Origin: a virus
Reading direction: 5' to 3' (one strand)
Length of the DNA stretch: 49,338 nt
IMG/VR virus record: IMGVR_UViG_3300045988_118932
Position 1 is the stretch's first letter. The number at the start of each line of letters is the position of its first letter. The notes under the pieces are model-generated. The model was not told where the DNA came from and did no database searches. It saw only the letters and a program-made list of their open reading frames with translations. This document shows, one piece after another, positions 1-8,665 of this stretch. A program made the position numbers and the translations under genes.

Positions 1-85
1 ATACAACCCATACCCACTCCCTTCTGCAAACCCAAAATTCGACAGCACAAGATTATTACCATTGCCTGTAATATTGGCAATAGTA
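1..85. repeat. Terminal overlap identical to 49254..49338 (contig closes into a 49,253-bp circle)
   Basis: The first 85 nt (ATACAACCCATACCC...GGCAATAGTA) recur as the last 85 nt. The minus-strand reading frame is continuous across the join. Confidence 0.9.
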
Positions 86-1200
86 GCACGATCTTCGTCC
101 TCGTTGGTTTTGCCGGCGACGGTCCATGCTTGGTCGGGGAAGAGCCAAGGCATTTGCTTCTTATACCAATCAAGAACCTTTTCATCGTCTTCATCGGTAG
201 AGAAATACCCGTTACAGATTGTTTGTCCAGCGATGCCGGTTCTAGCAAAAGATGCATAAATTGCATTCTTCCATAAATAATATAGCCCAGCGTTTTCCAC
301 CCAGTCCCCACACGTACCTGTTACAACTTTATTAGTTAATAAGTTCTTAATACATATATTATTACCATTTCGTTTACAAGCAAACAAATTAAGCCCATTA
401 ACAAAATCAGCATTTATATAATAGTTATTACCCGCTATAAAAGATACATAAACCAAAGACGAATATTGCATGGAAAAAGTTTTTTTGCTATCAGCTCCAC
501 ACAAAATCATATTTCTTGTCGGATTACTCTGAAACGGAATAAACGCCGTGTACACCGTATAAGTATCCTCGAAGTTAAGTTCCTTCTCTGTAACCGCAAA
601 GTCGTCTACTCCGTCACTGAGGATAAAGCCTGGGTAGAGGGGAAGGATTTCAATCGTAAACTCTCCTCTGGTTGCTCCATATCCGTTATAAAAATATACA
701 GGTTTACCAACTTCAACTACTGCTGAATTAACAGTATATATGCCATCTTTGTCCCATGTACCGTAGACAGTATTCGTTGTTCCAAAAAAAGCTAATGTTA
801 ATTTATTTCCAGGCTGTAACCCCGTTACCCTAAACGTAAAATTCATGTACTCAACACTAGGTGGGCTAGCTATAAAGACATAATCATCTAATGTGAATTT
901 GTAGAATGTTTGGTAATTTTCATCGCCATACCCGCCAACCCCAGACATCCCCTTCCAAGCGAAATTCTTGAAGGATAAGAACCGACCTTTATGGTCCGCA
1001 TCCTCGATCCTCGGATCGTCCATAGCCGCCATCATCTCGTTCGTCAGTCCTCCGAAATGCCAGCGCGTAACATCACCCGGAAGTTGCGGGAAGCCGTCTC
1101 CGGAACCGCCACCACGTCCTCCAAGTCCCAGCTTTATCCCTCTCAAGTCTATGCCCGAAAGATCAATGCTGGATAAATTGATGTTGTTGAGAGTTATCAT
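1..1200 (-). CDS. Double LamG/concanavalin-like lectin-fold virion protein, N-terminal 400 codons; the gene continues across the junction to 48477 (658 aa in total)
   Basis: ATG at 1200-1198 overlaps the upstream stop (ATGA). My translation (MITLNNINLSSIDLSG...) stays open to position 1 and joins in frame to ORF 48477..49301. It is absent from the ORF track because no stop lies in the window. Confidence 0.7.
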   Translation of the reverse strand, partial: MITLNNINLSSIDLSGIDLRGIKLGLGGRGGGSGDGFPQLPGDVTRWHFGGLTNEMMAAMDDPRIEDADHKGRFLSFKNFAWKGMSGVGGYGDENYQTFYKFTLDDYVFIASPPSVEYMNFTFRVTGLQPGNKLTLAFFGTTNTVYGTWDKDGIYTVNSAVVEVGKPVYFYNGYGATRGEFTIEILPLYPGFILSDGVDDFAVTEKELNFEDTYTVYTAFIPFQSNPTRNMILCGADSKKTFSMQYSSLVYVSFIAGNNYYINADFVNGLNLFACKRNGNNICIKNLLTNKVVTGTCGDWVENAGLYYLWKNAIYASFARTGIAGQTICNGYFSTDEDDEKVLDWYKKQMPWLFPDQAWTVAGKTNEDEDRATIANITGNGNNLVLSNFGFAEGSGYGLY

Positions 1201-1466
1201 TGCAGTACATAGATTTTAGATGGTTCCGTTGTTGTCACGAGTCTTACCGTCTGTCCAGCTTTGCCTATTACCCCATTCTCCCAAAGTATGACGTTTCGGG
1301 CGGGATAAGCCGCGACCACCCAATTATCACCAGTAATGCTTCTTTCCAAAACAATATCGCCCTTATCTTTCAGTTCTACATGTAGAACGATATCGCTTGA
1401 ATCAAGCGATATGGAATCCGATATATACTTATCTCCCTGCTTGCTAAATGTTACTTCCGTTGCCAT
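1197..1466 (-). CDS. Hypothetical small beta-rich protein (89 aa)
   Basis: ORF track; tightly packed between the portal gene and the lectin-like gene, with an ATGA overlap to the downstream gene. Confidence 0.5.
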   Translation of the reverse strand: MATEVTFSKQGDKYISDSISLDSSDIVLHVELKDKGDIVLERSITGDNWVVAAYPARNVILWENGVIGKAGQTVRLVTTTEPSKIYVLQ

Positions 1467-1550
1467 AATATTTTAATTATCAATTTTGTGAATAAATATA
1501 TCTTGTACCACCATTTAAGCGAGATTTTGACTTCTATAGTGCCGGAATTT

Positions 1551-2993
1551 TCATTGTTGATTGGAGTCCGACGAACCGGCATTACCATTTGCTTGATTGA
1601 TTTCATTATTAAGAGTGTTTTGTTGTTTTTCCTCCAATATCTTTCGTATCTCATCCTCTGGTTTATCCGTTATACTAAGCATTTTCACGGCTGTTTCAAG
1701 AGATATAATGCCGTCGTTATACAATTTGCCTATTGCTGCCCACTTCTTATCTATATCTTCTTGAAATGGTTCGGAAAACTCAAAATCAATATCTAAAACC
1801 TCCAGTTTAGAGCGTAATTCTATATGAGTTACATTCTTCATGATGGTCAATATCAGATTCTTTTCGCGGTCTACCGCAATCTCATATATTTCCTTGCGAT
1901 TGTCCCTTTTCATATAAGATGGAGCCATTGCACGCTTTAAAGCCTCTCCCGTTAACGTGCCCAAGCCTTTCGTGTTCTCCGATGAAAAGTTAAAAGTAAA
2001 GGTGTCATTAAGGATAGATTCTTTCAGTATGTCTTTTTCAAATTTCTTGAGTTCGACGGAATCCGGTGGTGCTACATAGTCGAACATACTATCTGGTCCG
2101 TGCATCCTAATAACTTCCCCTACATTATCTGGATCACTAAGAGAAGCCAACACATCTGCCGAAACTTTAGCTTTTGGATCTGCAAAATAGTTGACAGTAT
2201 CGGCAGATTTTGAATCGACATACTCGTCCCTATTTATACGAGACTGTGCGCCCTCCCATTCTTTTTCCTGTTGATAATAGATGATATTTATTTTCCCAGT
2301 AGGATTAATTATAGGCAAAACTTCCCATCCGCGATCATTTTTCTTGCATCTATAAATAACCTTTGGAGTCTGAATATCGAAATGTTCTACCGTGTTTACT
2401 CCTTCTTTTAGATAATATCCATAACCGAAAGCTAGCATAGTCCCATATTGGTCGAAAAGAGGACGCAGGGTATACCCTAAAGATTTTGCCAGCAAAACAA
2501 CTTTCACCTCCGCTTTTCCGGTTTCCTCGTTGCGGTAGATATGGTACAATTTAGCACATTCCGTCTCGGCGCCTGCTAAACGTTTAGCTTGACGCATGGT
2601 TGTGTTGAAACGGGTATCCTTCAAAAACTGAGTATATGCGTCAAAAGCAACATCTTGCACGTCGGGATCATTTTTGCTCCATTTTATCGGTTGCCCCAAC
2701 AGATAAAACAATGCAACCTCATTTATGTAAGCCTGCCATCTACGAGGGAGTTTTTCCGTGATATATGGCTGTTTGTTCTTTCTGAGTTTATTTTTGCGAT
2801 TCATTACATCATGGAGAGCAGGATCGTATTCTTTTATCGCCTCCATAACTTCCAAATCTCGATTTTGAAACAACTCCATCGCCCGACTTATATCTTTTTC
2901 TGCGATCAAAGTCATTAAGTCTTTGTTGGTGCTTGTCCCATTTAAAGATCCGCCCCTAAACAAATCCACTATGTAATTCAATATCGATGCCAT
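1551..2993 (-). CDS. Portal protein (SPP1 Gp6-like)
   Basis: 480 aa directly downstream of terL. Size, position and an acidic/Gln-rich C-terminus are typical of siphophage portals. Confidence 0.8.
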   Translation of the reverse strand: MASILNYIVDLFRGGSLNGTSTNKDLMTLIAEKDISRAMELFQNRDLEVMEAIKEYDPALHDVMNRKNKLRKNKQPYITEKLPRRWQAYINEVALFYLLGQPIKWSKNDPDVQDVAFDAYTQFLKDTRFNTTMRQAKRLAGAETECAKLYHIYRNEETGKAEVKVVLLAKSLGYTLRPLFDQYGTMLAFGYGYYLKEGVNTVEHFDIQTPKVIYRCKKNDRGWEVLPIINPTGKINIIYYQQEKEWEGAQSRINRDEYVDSKSADTVNYFADPKAKVSADVLASLSDPDNVGEVIRMHGPDSMFDYVAPPDSVELKKFEKDILKESILNDTFTFNFSSENTKGLGTLTGEALKRAMAPSYMKRDNRKEIYEIAVDREKNLILTIMKNVTHIELRSKLEVLDIDFEFSEPFQEDIDKKWAAIGKLYNDGIISLETAVKMLSITDKPEDEIRKILEEKQQNTLNNEINQANGNAGSSDSNQQ

Positions 2994-3003
2994 ATCTTAA
3001 TTG

Positions 3004-4185
3004 TTAATAAATTCCTAAATCTTCCTTAGAATACTGGTGCGTAGTTAATACCTTACCGAGCAATTTCCCTATCGTATAATACCGAGAAGCGTCTATAAGA
3101 TGGTTGTAAGCATCAATAGGCTCGTTTATAAATTTACCATCTTTATTTTGCTCATAAACGTAATTTTTAAGCTCTCGGATCAAATTGACAGACCTACGAG
3201 TAACGCATATTTTATACTCCATCATTTTAAACAAGCCTCCCATGACGGATCCTTTATATTTATCGGCGGGAAAGATAATAATCCCCGCATTAGCAATCTC
3301 CTGTATTAACCTAGGGTCGGCACTATCTGCGTAAACAAACAATCCTAGCTTCTTCAATTCTTTGATGATTTCGCTTGTGAGCATATGCGTCCGGTAACAC
3401 TGCTCATCCAAATACAGCCTATTATCAAGTACCCCACATTTAACTATAGCGGTAGGGTCCGAACTGTATCCAAAATCAAGTCCGGCTTCAACAAACTTGG
3501 CTTGTTCTGGAAATTCATTCACTATTTCGTATTCGGGGAAGACAAGACCTTCTGCCATTGCCTGCAATCCTAATCCGTATACAGTCCACAACACTTTGTT
3601 CTTGTATTGAAGCGACTCTATCTCGTCAATAATAGTTTGTTCAAGAAATGGATTATCCTTGTAGGTCGAAATAAAGTGATATGTACGTGGGTCCTTGTTC
3701 AACTCACACAACCAATGTTCGTCCGAAAAGGATGGATTGTAATCAACAATGGAAAAATCGGTAGTACGCATAACGAGCTGTTGCCATTCCAGGAATGAAA
3801 TTTCGTTTGCCTCATTGCAGTATAAGATATTTCGTTTACGACCTCTGATCTTCTGCTCATCATCTGTCGAGAAAAACTCAACAAATGAACCGTTCGGAAG
3901 TGCATAAATCATTTCAGACTTATTCATACATCTATTATCCCATATCTTATACTTATCCTGCATAATCTCTTTAAAATCGCGAAACACAGAACCTTTTAAC
4001 GCAGGCAATGTCTTTCGGACAATGGATAGAGACTTTTTGTTTGTGAGGATATGAGATAATAGATAGATAAGGATGTTGTACGTCTTGCTACTACGCGAAC
4101 TACCCTGAGCAGAGACAACCTTATAGCCGGAGTGGATGGCATTATCAACTTCTGTAAATATTTTAGTCGTTTTAATTATCGCCAT
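3004..4185 (-). CDS. terL: Terminase large subunit (PBSX/Terminase_3-like)
   Basis: Walker-A-like AQGSSRSSKT near the N-terminus, a C-terminal nuclease-type acidic region, and position after terS. The start was moved to MAIIKTTK (4185). Confidence 0.85.
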   Translation of the reverse strand: MAIIKTTKIFTEVDNAIHSGYKVVSAQGSSRSSKTYNILIYLLSHILTNKKSLSIVRKTLPALKGSVFRDFKEIMQDKYKIWDNRCMNKSEMIYALPNGSFVEFFSTDDEQKIRGRKRNILYCNEANEISFLEWQQLVMRTTDFSIVDYNPSFSDEHWLCELNKDPRTYHFISTYKDNPFLEQTIIDEIESLQYKNKVLWTVYGLGLQAMAEGLVFPEYEIVNEFPEQAKFVEAGLDFGYSSDPTAIVKCGVLDNRLYLDEQCYRTHMLTSEIIKELKKLGLFVYADSADPRLIQEIANAGIIIFPADKYKGSVMGGLFKMMEYKICVTRRSVNLIRELKNYVYEQNKDGKFINEPIDAYNHLIDASRYYTIGKLLGKVLTTHQYSKEDLGIY

Positions 4186-4708
4186 GATCCGCGTCCTCCC
4201 TCTTATCAATGACCTGTATTACAAAACCACTTCCTTCTTCTTGTTTTACCTCTTGCTTTATAGGAGCATCCCAACCCAACAGCTTAGATAGCTTATCCAT
4301 TGCATCAATCTTATTATAGAGCTTTAACTCATATCCTTTATCTGTTGATTTAATCGAAAGAATGGAACGTTGTATGCTTGACGGTAATTTAGAGATATCT
4401 TTGATCAGGATTGTTGTAAACATCTCATTAGACTTTACCTCCAACGCGTCGACAATATTGGCACGAGCAATATCGGCAAGAATCCCTACCGCTTCGTCTT
4501 TGGTTATATCAGACCGGTTCCTCATTTGAGACTGGAGCTCTCTTATCCTTAGGGCAACCTTAGGGCTGTTCAAGAGCTTCGAAGACTCTACCCAAATTGC
4601 ATTGTCCGACTTACCATTACATCTATATGCCCGTCGATAAGCCTCAGAAGCGTTTCCGCATTCGAGGTAGTAGTTGCAGAACATTTCTTGTTTTTGTGTC
4701 AACGCCAT
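4172..4708 (-). CDS. terS: Terminase small subunit (Terminase_2-like)
   Basis: MALTQKQEMFCNYYLECGNASEAYRRAY... matches the conserved LT.KQ..F...Y N-terminal HTH of small terminases. The start was moved to 4708. Confidence 0.8.
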   Translation of the reverse strand: MALTQKQEMFCNYYLECGNASEAYRRAYRCNGKSDNAIWVESSKLLNSPKVALRIRELQSQMRNRSDITKDEAVGILADIARANIVDALEVKSNEMFTTILIKDISKLPSSIQRSILSIKSTDKGYELKLYNKIDAMDKLSKLLGWDAPIKQEVKQEEGSGFVIQVIDKREDADHGDN

Positions 4709-4777
4709 GCTTTTTATAATTAATTGAGTCAAATTTAAATAGCATAGGCCAGCTATAGGAAGGATCATTACAATTAT

Positions 4778-4803
4778 TCACGACAACAGAACCATTGTCG
4801 TGA
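4778..4803. promoter_or_regulatory. Palindrome TCACGACAA-N8-TTGTCGTGA, copy 1 of 3 of a late-region motif
   Basis: Perfect 9-bp arms in the gap between ORF 4825..5253 and terS. The same ACGACAA-N8-TTGTCGT core occurs at 37801 and 47662. Confidence 0.6.
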
Positions 4804-4824
4804 ATATTGTTAATTGAGTGAATA

Positions 4825-5253
4825 TTATCCAATCCTATCCATTATTTCGTTATATATACGATGGATATCTTGTCTAAAGTATTTATACAGCTGATAAGAT
4901 AGATACAACCCGTTTAAATTATCGGAAATAGTGGATTTCCCATTGAGACCAAATACTTCAGCAAGTTTATCCCTTAATCCCCTTTTCATTTTTCCATCGG
5001 CAAGAGCACCGGGAGAATACAAAATTAAAATTATGAAAATGAATTTCTTTCTTTGGGGGACATTAGCTCGAAAAACTTCCTGCTGAGAAACAATCTCCTT
5101 AAACCATTCATACAATGTCGGGATCATATCTAAGTCTGTCAAGATAGGCTTGGTTAATTCTCTTTCTCTTTCTGATAATCTTGCTTTTTGATCCCTGATA
5201 GATCGTATTTCAACGATTTTACTAAACACGCACGGCTTCTGTTGTAAAGACAT
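4825..5253 (-). CDS. Hypothetical protein, first gene of the late block; possible DnaA-domain-IV-like HTH
   Basis: ORF track, with the start moved to ATG 5253 (MSLQQKP...). The segment RKKFIFIILILYSPGAL...LAEVFGLNGKSTISDNL loosely resembles the DnaA C-terminal HTH. Confidence 0.4.
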   Translation of the reverse strand: MSLQQKPCVFSKIVEIRSIRDQKARLSERERELTKPILTDLDMIPTLYEWFKEIVSQQEVFRANVPQRKKFIFIILILYSPGALADGKMKRGLRDKLAEVFGLNGKSTISDNLNGLYLSYQLYKYFRQDIHRIYNEIMDRIG

Positions 5254-5283
5254 AATAATCCATTTTAAATTAAGCCGTTTGCA

Positions 5284-5291
5284 CAAAATTA
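5284..5291 (-). promoter_or_regulatory. Bacteroidota-type -7 promoter box TAATTTTG (leftward, late block)
   Basis: Exact match to TAnnTTTG on the minus strand, 31 nt upstream of ATG 5253. Confidence 0.5.
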
Positions 5292-5341
5292 CAAATTAAT
5301 CCTCACAACAATACATTGTTGATAAAATATCTTTTCGTAGT

Positions 5342-5349
5342 TATCTTTG
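5342..5349 (+). promoter_or_regulatory. Bacteroidota-type -7 promoter box TATCTTTG (rightward)
   Basis: Exact TAnnTTTG match 14 nt upstream of ATG 5363. Confidence 0.5.
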
Positions 5350-5362
5350 CCCGAAAAAAAAC

Positions 5363-5578
5363 ATGAGCGAAGAATTAAAACAGCTAATAGCCTGGTTTGA
5401 GAGCTACCAAGTGACGTTTAACGAGATCCGGTTAAGCGAGTGTGAGAATATATTTGATTTAAGCAAGTACATTGATGTGCATGTCAGATCGGTTAAGAGG
5501 AATTGGGATAATCCGACCTTTGCAAGTGATATACTGAGGTTGCAAAGGCTTAAAAAGGTGTTGGAGGAAAGAGGATAA
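5363..5578 (+). CDS. Hypothetical protein (71 aa)
   Basis: ORF track; it has its own promoter box and a terminator. Confidence 0.5.
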   Translation: MSEELKQLIAWFESYQVTFNEIRLSECENIFDLSKYIDVHVRSVKRNWDNPTFASDILRLQRLKKVLEERG

Positions 5579-5582
5579 AAAT

Positions 5583-5612
5583 AAAGCCGGAATAACCTCC
5601 GGCTTTATTTTT
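5583..5612. terminator. Bidirectional intrinsic terminator
   Basis: AAAGCCGGA-ATAACC-TCCGGCTTT, a 9-bp stem flanked by an A-run and a T-run, between convergent genes. Confidence 0.85.
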
Positions 5613-5919
5613 ATGTATGTTTTGTAAGATAGGCCAATTCATATTTACAAAGATACTCCTTTATCCTATCCGCCTGAGCTTTCTTTATGTGGCAAAAGGA
5701 TATGTATTTTCTAAATTTATCCATTCCAAAATTACCAAGAGCCTCACCGAAAGAAGTATTCATGAATAACGTTGGAATAGAATCAACTCCCGTCATATCA
5801 ATAACAAGCATCTGGTTTGAATTGATTGCACTTTCTATATGCGGGTACAAGGCCGCGCCAGCATCAGGATAACTTTTCCCTTCTAACAAACTCGCAATAT
5901 TAATCAGTCTCATACGCAT
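5611..5919 (-). CDS. STAS-like DUF4325 domain protein
   Basis: The pattern ...QMLVIDMTGVDSIPTLFMNTSFGEAL...ISFCHIK matches the DUF4325 signature (v.lDf.gv..is.sF..e.fg.l). Confidence 0.6.
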   Translation of the reverse strand: MRMRLINIASLLEGKSYPDAGAALYPHIESAINSNQMLVIDMTGVDSIPTLFMNTSFGEALGNFGMDKFRKYISFCHIKKAQADRIKEYLCKYELAYLTKHT

Positions 5920-5924
5920 AATAT

Positions 5925-6368
5925 TTATAAAGTAAAACTTCCAAACTCAAAATCTTGTTCAAAGGAATCTATTGAGATATCAAAGTAAATCAAAGTTCCA
6001 TTAAAATCAAAATCAATATCAAACATTTCGCAAGAACCATTTTTACCGGTTAACTTGATAAGTCCTTTATTACTCACCATTCTGAACATATTTTCACCTT
6101 TTAAAAATGTTACAACCGTATCAAGCCCAAATCCTTTATTATATGCCCTTAATAACAACACCTTTGCTTCTTCTTTCTTGCCAGACGCAATCAGTACACA
6201 AAAATCACGTTTCCAATCAAACTTATCTTCTCTATTTTCCGTATTTGATAATGCAGTTTCAATTTTAGATACATTATTAGTCATCCCCCAAATCTTAAAA
6301 AACAAAATGATCTGCAATATTCCAAACACGATAATCACAATCGAAACAAACAATGTAATACTTTCCAT
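5925..6368 (-). CDS. Single-pass membrane protein (147 aa)
   Basis: N-terminal hydrophobic helix ITLFVSIVIIVFGILQIILFFKIW followed by a soluble domain. It lies 5 nt upstream of the DUF4325 gene. Confidence 0.55.
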   Translation of the reverse strand: MESITLFVSIVIIVFGILQIILFFKIWGMTNNVSKIETALSNTENREDKFDWKRDFCVLIASGKKEEAKVLLLRAYNKGFGLDTVVTFLKGENMFRMVSNKGLIKLTGKNGSCEMFDIDFDFNGTLIYFDISIDSFEQDFEFGSFTL

Positions 6369-6395
6369 GATAATCTATATTTAAGTGTTAATAAA

Positions 6396-6656
6396 TCATT
6401 CTACTTTCTTCAATTCAAGTTTGGCGCCGCAATTAGGACAGTGTAAGCCTGTTCCTTGTTCCTTTGCAATCTCACTAGGAGAGGCAAACAACTGCCACAT
6501 AGGGACATTTAAGGCTGTAGCAATCTTTTCATAAGAGGCAATATTAGCAGTGCCATTAATTTGAGTGGATAACGTTACTCGACTAATCCCCATTTTATCG
6601 GCCAGTTCGTTGATCGTTACACCTTTCTCTTTCAATAAATCCTTTATTCTATTCAT
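6396..6656 (-). CDS. XRE-family HTH regulator with a C-terminal zinc-ribbon motif
   Basis: KGVTINELADKMGISRVTLSTQINGT is a classic HTH_3 motif, and CPNCGAKLE lies at the C-terminus. The start was moved to ATG 6656, and a TATATTTG box lies at 6678-6685 (minus). Confidence 0.7.
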   Translation of the reverse strand: MNRIKDLLKEKGVTINELADKMGISRVTLSTQINGTANIASYEKIATALNVPMWQLFASPSEIAKEQGTGLHCPNCGAKLELKKVE

Positions 6657-6815
6657 AATCTTTTCTATTACTTGTTGCAAATATACCTCAAAAAGCGAAA
6701 CGTAAAATAAACCACTTACAAAATAACGTTAAATGTATGCATTTTTACTATCATTTACTTTGTAATGTAAAACAAACTACTTACATTTGCATCGTAATAA
6801 TAAAACAACAAGACA

Positions 6816-7109
6816 ATGGAAGCACCAAAGTACAACAAAGCAAGAATCATGAAATCCGCTTGGTCAATGTTCAAGGCTGGCAAGAAGTACCGCAATCATG
6901 TATTGACGTTCAGCGAATGCCTAAAAGAGGCTTGGAAGGACGAAAGAAGTTCCTATGACAAGGCGATGAAGATGTACCAGCTTTTCAACTTGAATAAGAA
7001 GCAATGCGAAAGCCAGGATGCAAAACGCAATGTTGGTACTTGTTCTATGGCTTTCATGGCTAACACACTGACAAATTACTATGCTAACAATAGATATAAT
7101 GGAGATTAA
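6816..7109 (+). CDS. Hypothetical protein (97 aa)
   Basis: ORF track; a TACATTTG -7 box lies at 6782-6789. Confidence 0.5.
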   Translation: MEAPKYNKARIMKSAWSMFKAGKKYRNHVLTFSECLKEAWKDERSSYDKAMKMYQLFNLNKKQCESQDAKRNVGTCSMAFMANTLTNYYANNRYNGD

Positions 7110-7113
7110 TATT

Positions 7114-7377
7114 ATGACAACATTAGATGTACTGAAAGGAATCCAGCGAATCATGATCGAGAAACTGATCGCAAAGAGTGACATTATAATATCTGTCTCT
7201 TCCCGGCCGGAAAGATCGGAGTTATCTATCTATGTACAGAATACCGATTATGTGGTTCTGGCGCATGAAATATTTATCGACGATACTGGGATTGACTTTA
7301 AAGAAGAAAATCGAAAGGCGTACGTTCGAATCTGGGAAACAATCAATAAGCATACAAGAATATCTGTCGCTTCATAA
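7114..7377 (+). CDS. Hypothetical protein (87 aa)
   Basis: ORF track, with the start moved to MTTLDVLKG (ATG 7114). Confidence 0.45.
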   Translation: MTTLDVLKGIQRIMIEKLIAKSDIIISVSSRPERSELSIYVQNTDYVVLAHEIFIDDTGIDFKEENRKAYVRIWETINKHTRISVAS

Positions 7378-7380
7378 TAT

Positions 7381-7440
7381 TGCTACATAAATAACATAGA
7401 CCCGCATGTTGGGGCTTCGTACCCAACGTATCACGTTTGG
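7381..7440 (+). repeat. Repeat element R1, candidate sRNA and short paralogue of 27446..27580
   Basis: It shares the ordered blocks GCTACATAAA, CATAGAC, CATGTTG and CCCAACGT with R2. It contains the hairpin GTTGGGG-CTTCGTA-CCCAAC and is followed by the terminator hairpin at 7445. Confidence 0.5.
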
Positions 7441-7444
7441 ATGT

Positions 7445-7468
7445 CCCGCCGGTAATGTCGCCGGCGGG
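7445..7468. terminator. GC-rich hairpin between convergent genes
   Basis: CCCGCCGG-TAATGTCG-CCGGCGGG, an 8-bp stem abutting the integrase stop codon; the U-tract is weak. Confidence 0.55.
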
Positions 7469-8400
7469 TTATGTAAAATTGAATATATAATCTAAAACCG
7501 ACTTATTAACCTTGTTAATAATCGAAAAGTCCTTCTTTATATACAAATCTGTAACTGAAAGATTCTTATCAACATGGTTCAAGGCTTCATCTATGGTTGA
7601 CTTATCAGTATTCAAATCATTTCTTGCTATCGTGGCCCAAGAATGGCGGGCTGCATAAAATTCAAGATCGGGAATACCAATCTTTTTTCCAACAGCTTTC
7701 AATCCTTTATTTAGAGCGGCATTAAATGTCGACTGATCGGCATACATTTGATAAAACCTAAAAACTCTTTTTCCTGTTTTATCCATGTACTTTTTAATTA
7801 TGGGCAATATGAGGGGATGTATCTTTATTCGAATCTTTGCGTTGTCACTTCTGCGATCCTTTGTTTTAGTCCGACAATATACAATTTCGCTATTCTCGCA
7901 TATTTCCGCATTGTACAAATCAACAGAGTTCATTCCAATAAGACAGAATGATAGTATAAAGCAGTCCTTTGCCAGATTATAACGATTTTCTTTATTATTT
8001 CCCCTACTTGTAGTGTCATAGGGCAATTTTATTATCTCCCGGACAAGATCAGCACTAATCGCTCTTTTTTCAGCAATATTCTGACGAGGAACCTTATATC
8101 TTGAAAAAAATCGATAGAGGCTATTTCCGGCTCACACAGATAATCTGCCAATTTATCTATAGTCATGGTATTAATTGCAATAGAAAGTTCATTTGCTTTT
8201 TTTCTGTATAGCCTTATCAAATCATCTATCTGATCTAATACTTTCTGGTTTTTGATTTTGCCTGATCGCGTCATATCATCTTTGGTGATATAAATGCCAG
8301 TCGGCAATCTCTTCAACTGTCTGTTATGAGTGACAAGTATCTTTACATTAAAAGTACCGTCCTTCCGCTGCTTTTGTACTTCATGCTTAAATGTGGCCAT
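7469..8400 (-). pseudogene. int: Tyrosine integrase (arm-binding N-terminus plus catalytic domain), split and decayed
   Basis: ORFs 8032..8400 and 7469..8026 join in frame if one base is added to the A7 run at 8104-8110. RHSWAT, LNH and DLY motifs are present. Most of the core-binding domain seems to be missing, and the box I Arg position reads GMNSVDL. Confidence 0.7.
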
Positions 8401-8412
8401 ACCTCTATATTT

Positions 8413-8432
8413 TTGCGAAACTATTGCGAAAC
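8413..8432. repeat. Arm-type repeats TTGCGAAAC x2 (integrase-proximal side of attP)
   Basis: TTGCGAAACTATTGCGAAAC; the same tandem pair recurs at 8646..8665 on the other side of the tRNA-derived core. Confidence 0.65.
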
Positions 8433-8539
8433 ATTTTCAAGCAAAAGTAGCGATTTCAAGCAAAAGTAAGCAAAATAAAAGCCGTAAATCCATAAAAGAA
8501 ATACGGCTTAAACTTCTAAAATACTGATTTTTAGGCTTG

Positions 8540-8586
8540 TGACCAGGGTGGGATTCAAACCCACGACCTTCAGAACCGGAATCTAC
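8540..8586 (-). other. attP core: 3' part of a tRNA (anticodon arm to discriminator), probably tRNA-Arg(CCG)
   Basis: The minus strand reads GTAGA-TTCCGGT-TCTGA-AGGTC-GTGGG-TTTGAAT-CCCAC-CCTGGTC-A. No matching 5' acceptor or D arm lies upstream (AT-rich). Confidence 0.65.
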
Positions 8587-8645
8587 CATTTAAAACAACA
8601 TAATAATTTATAATACAACATATTACAAATTATAAAGAAACACAT

Positions 8646-8665
8646 TTGCGAAACAATTGCGAAAC
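8646..8665. repeat. Arm-type repeats TTGCGAAAC x2 (distal side of attP)
   Basis: TTGCGAAACAATTGCGAAAC, same orientation as 8413..8432. Confidence 0.65.

Noticed and set aside
62-1219. Plus-strand track ORFs 62..259, 466..726, 968..1219 and 991..1176
   Set aside because: They lie antisense to a continuous 400-codon minus-strand frame with clear lectin-domain motifs. Their own sequences are low-complexity or odd in composition.
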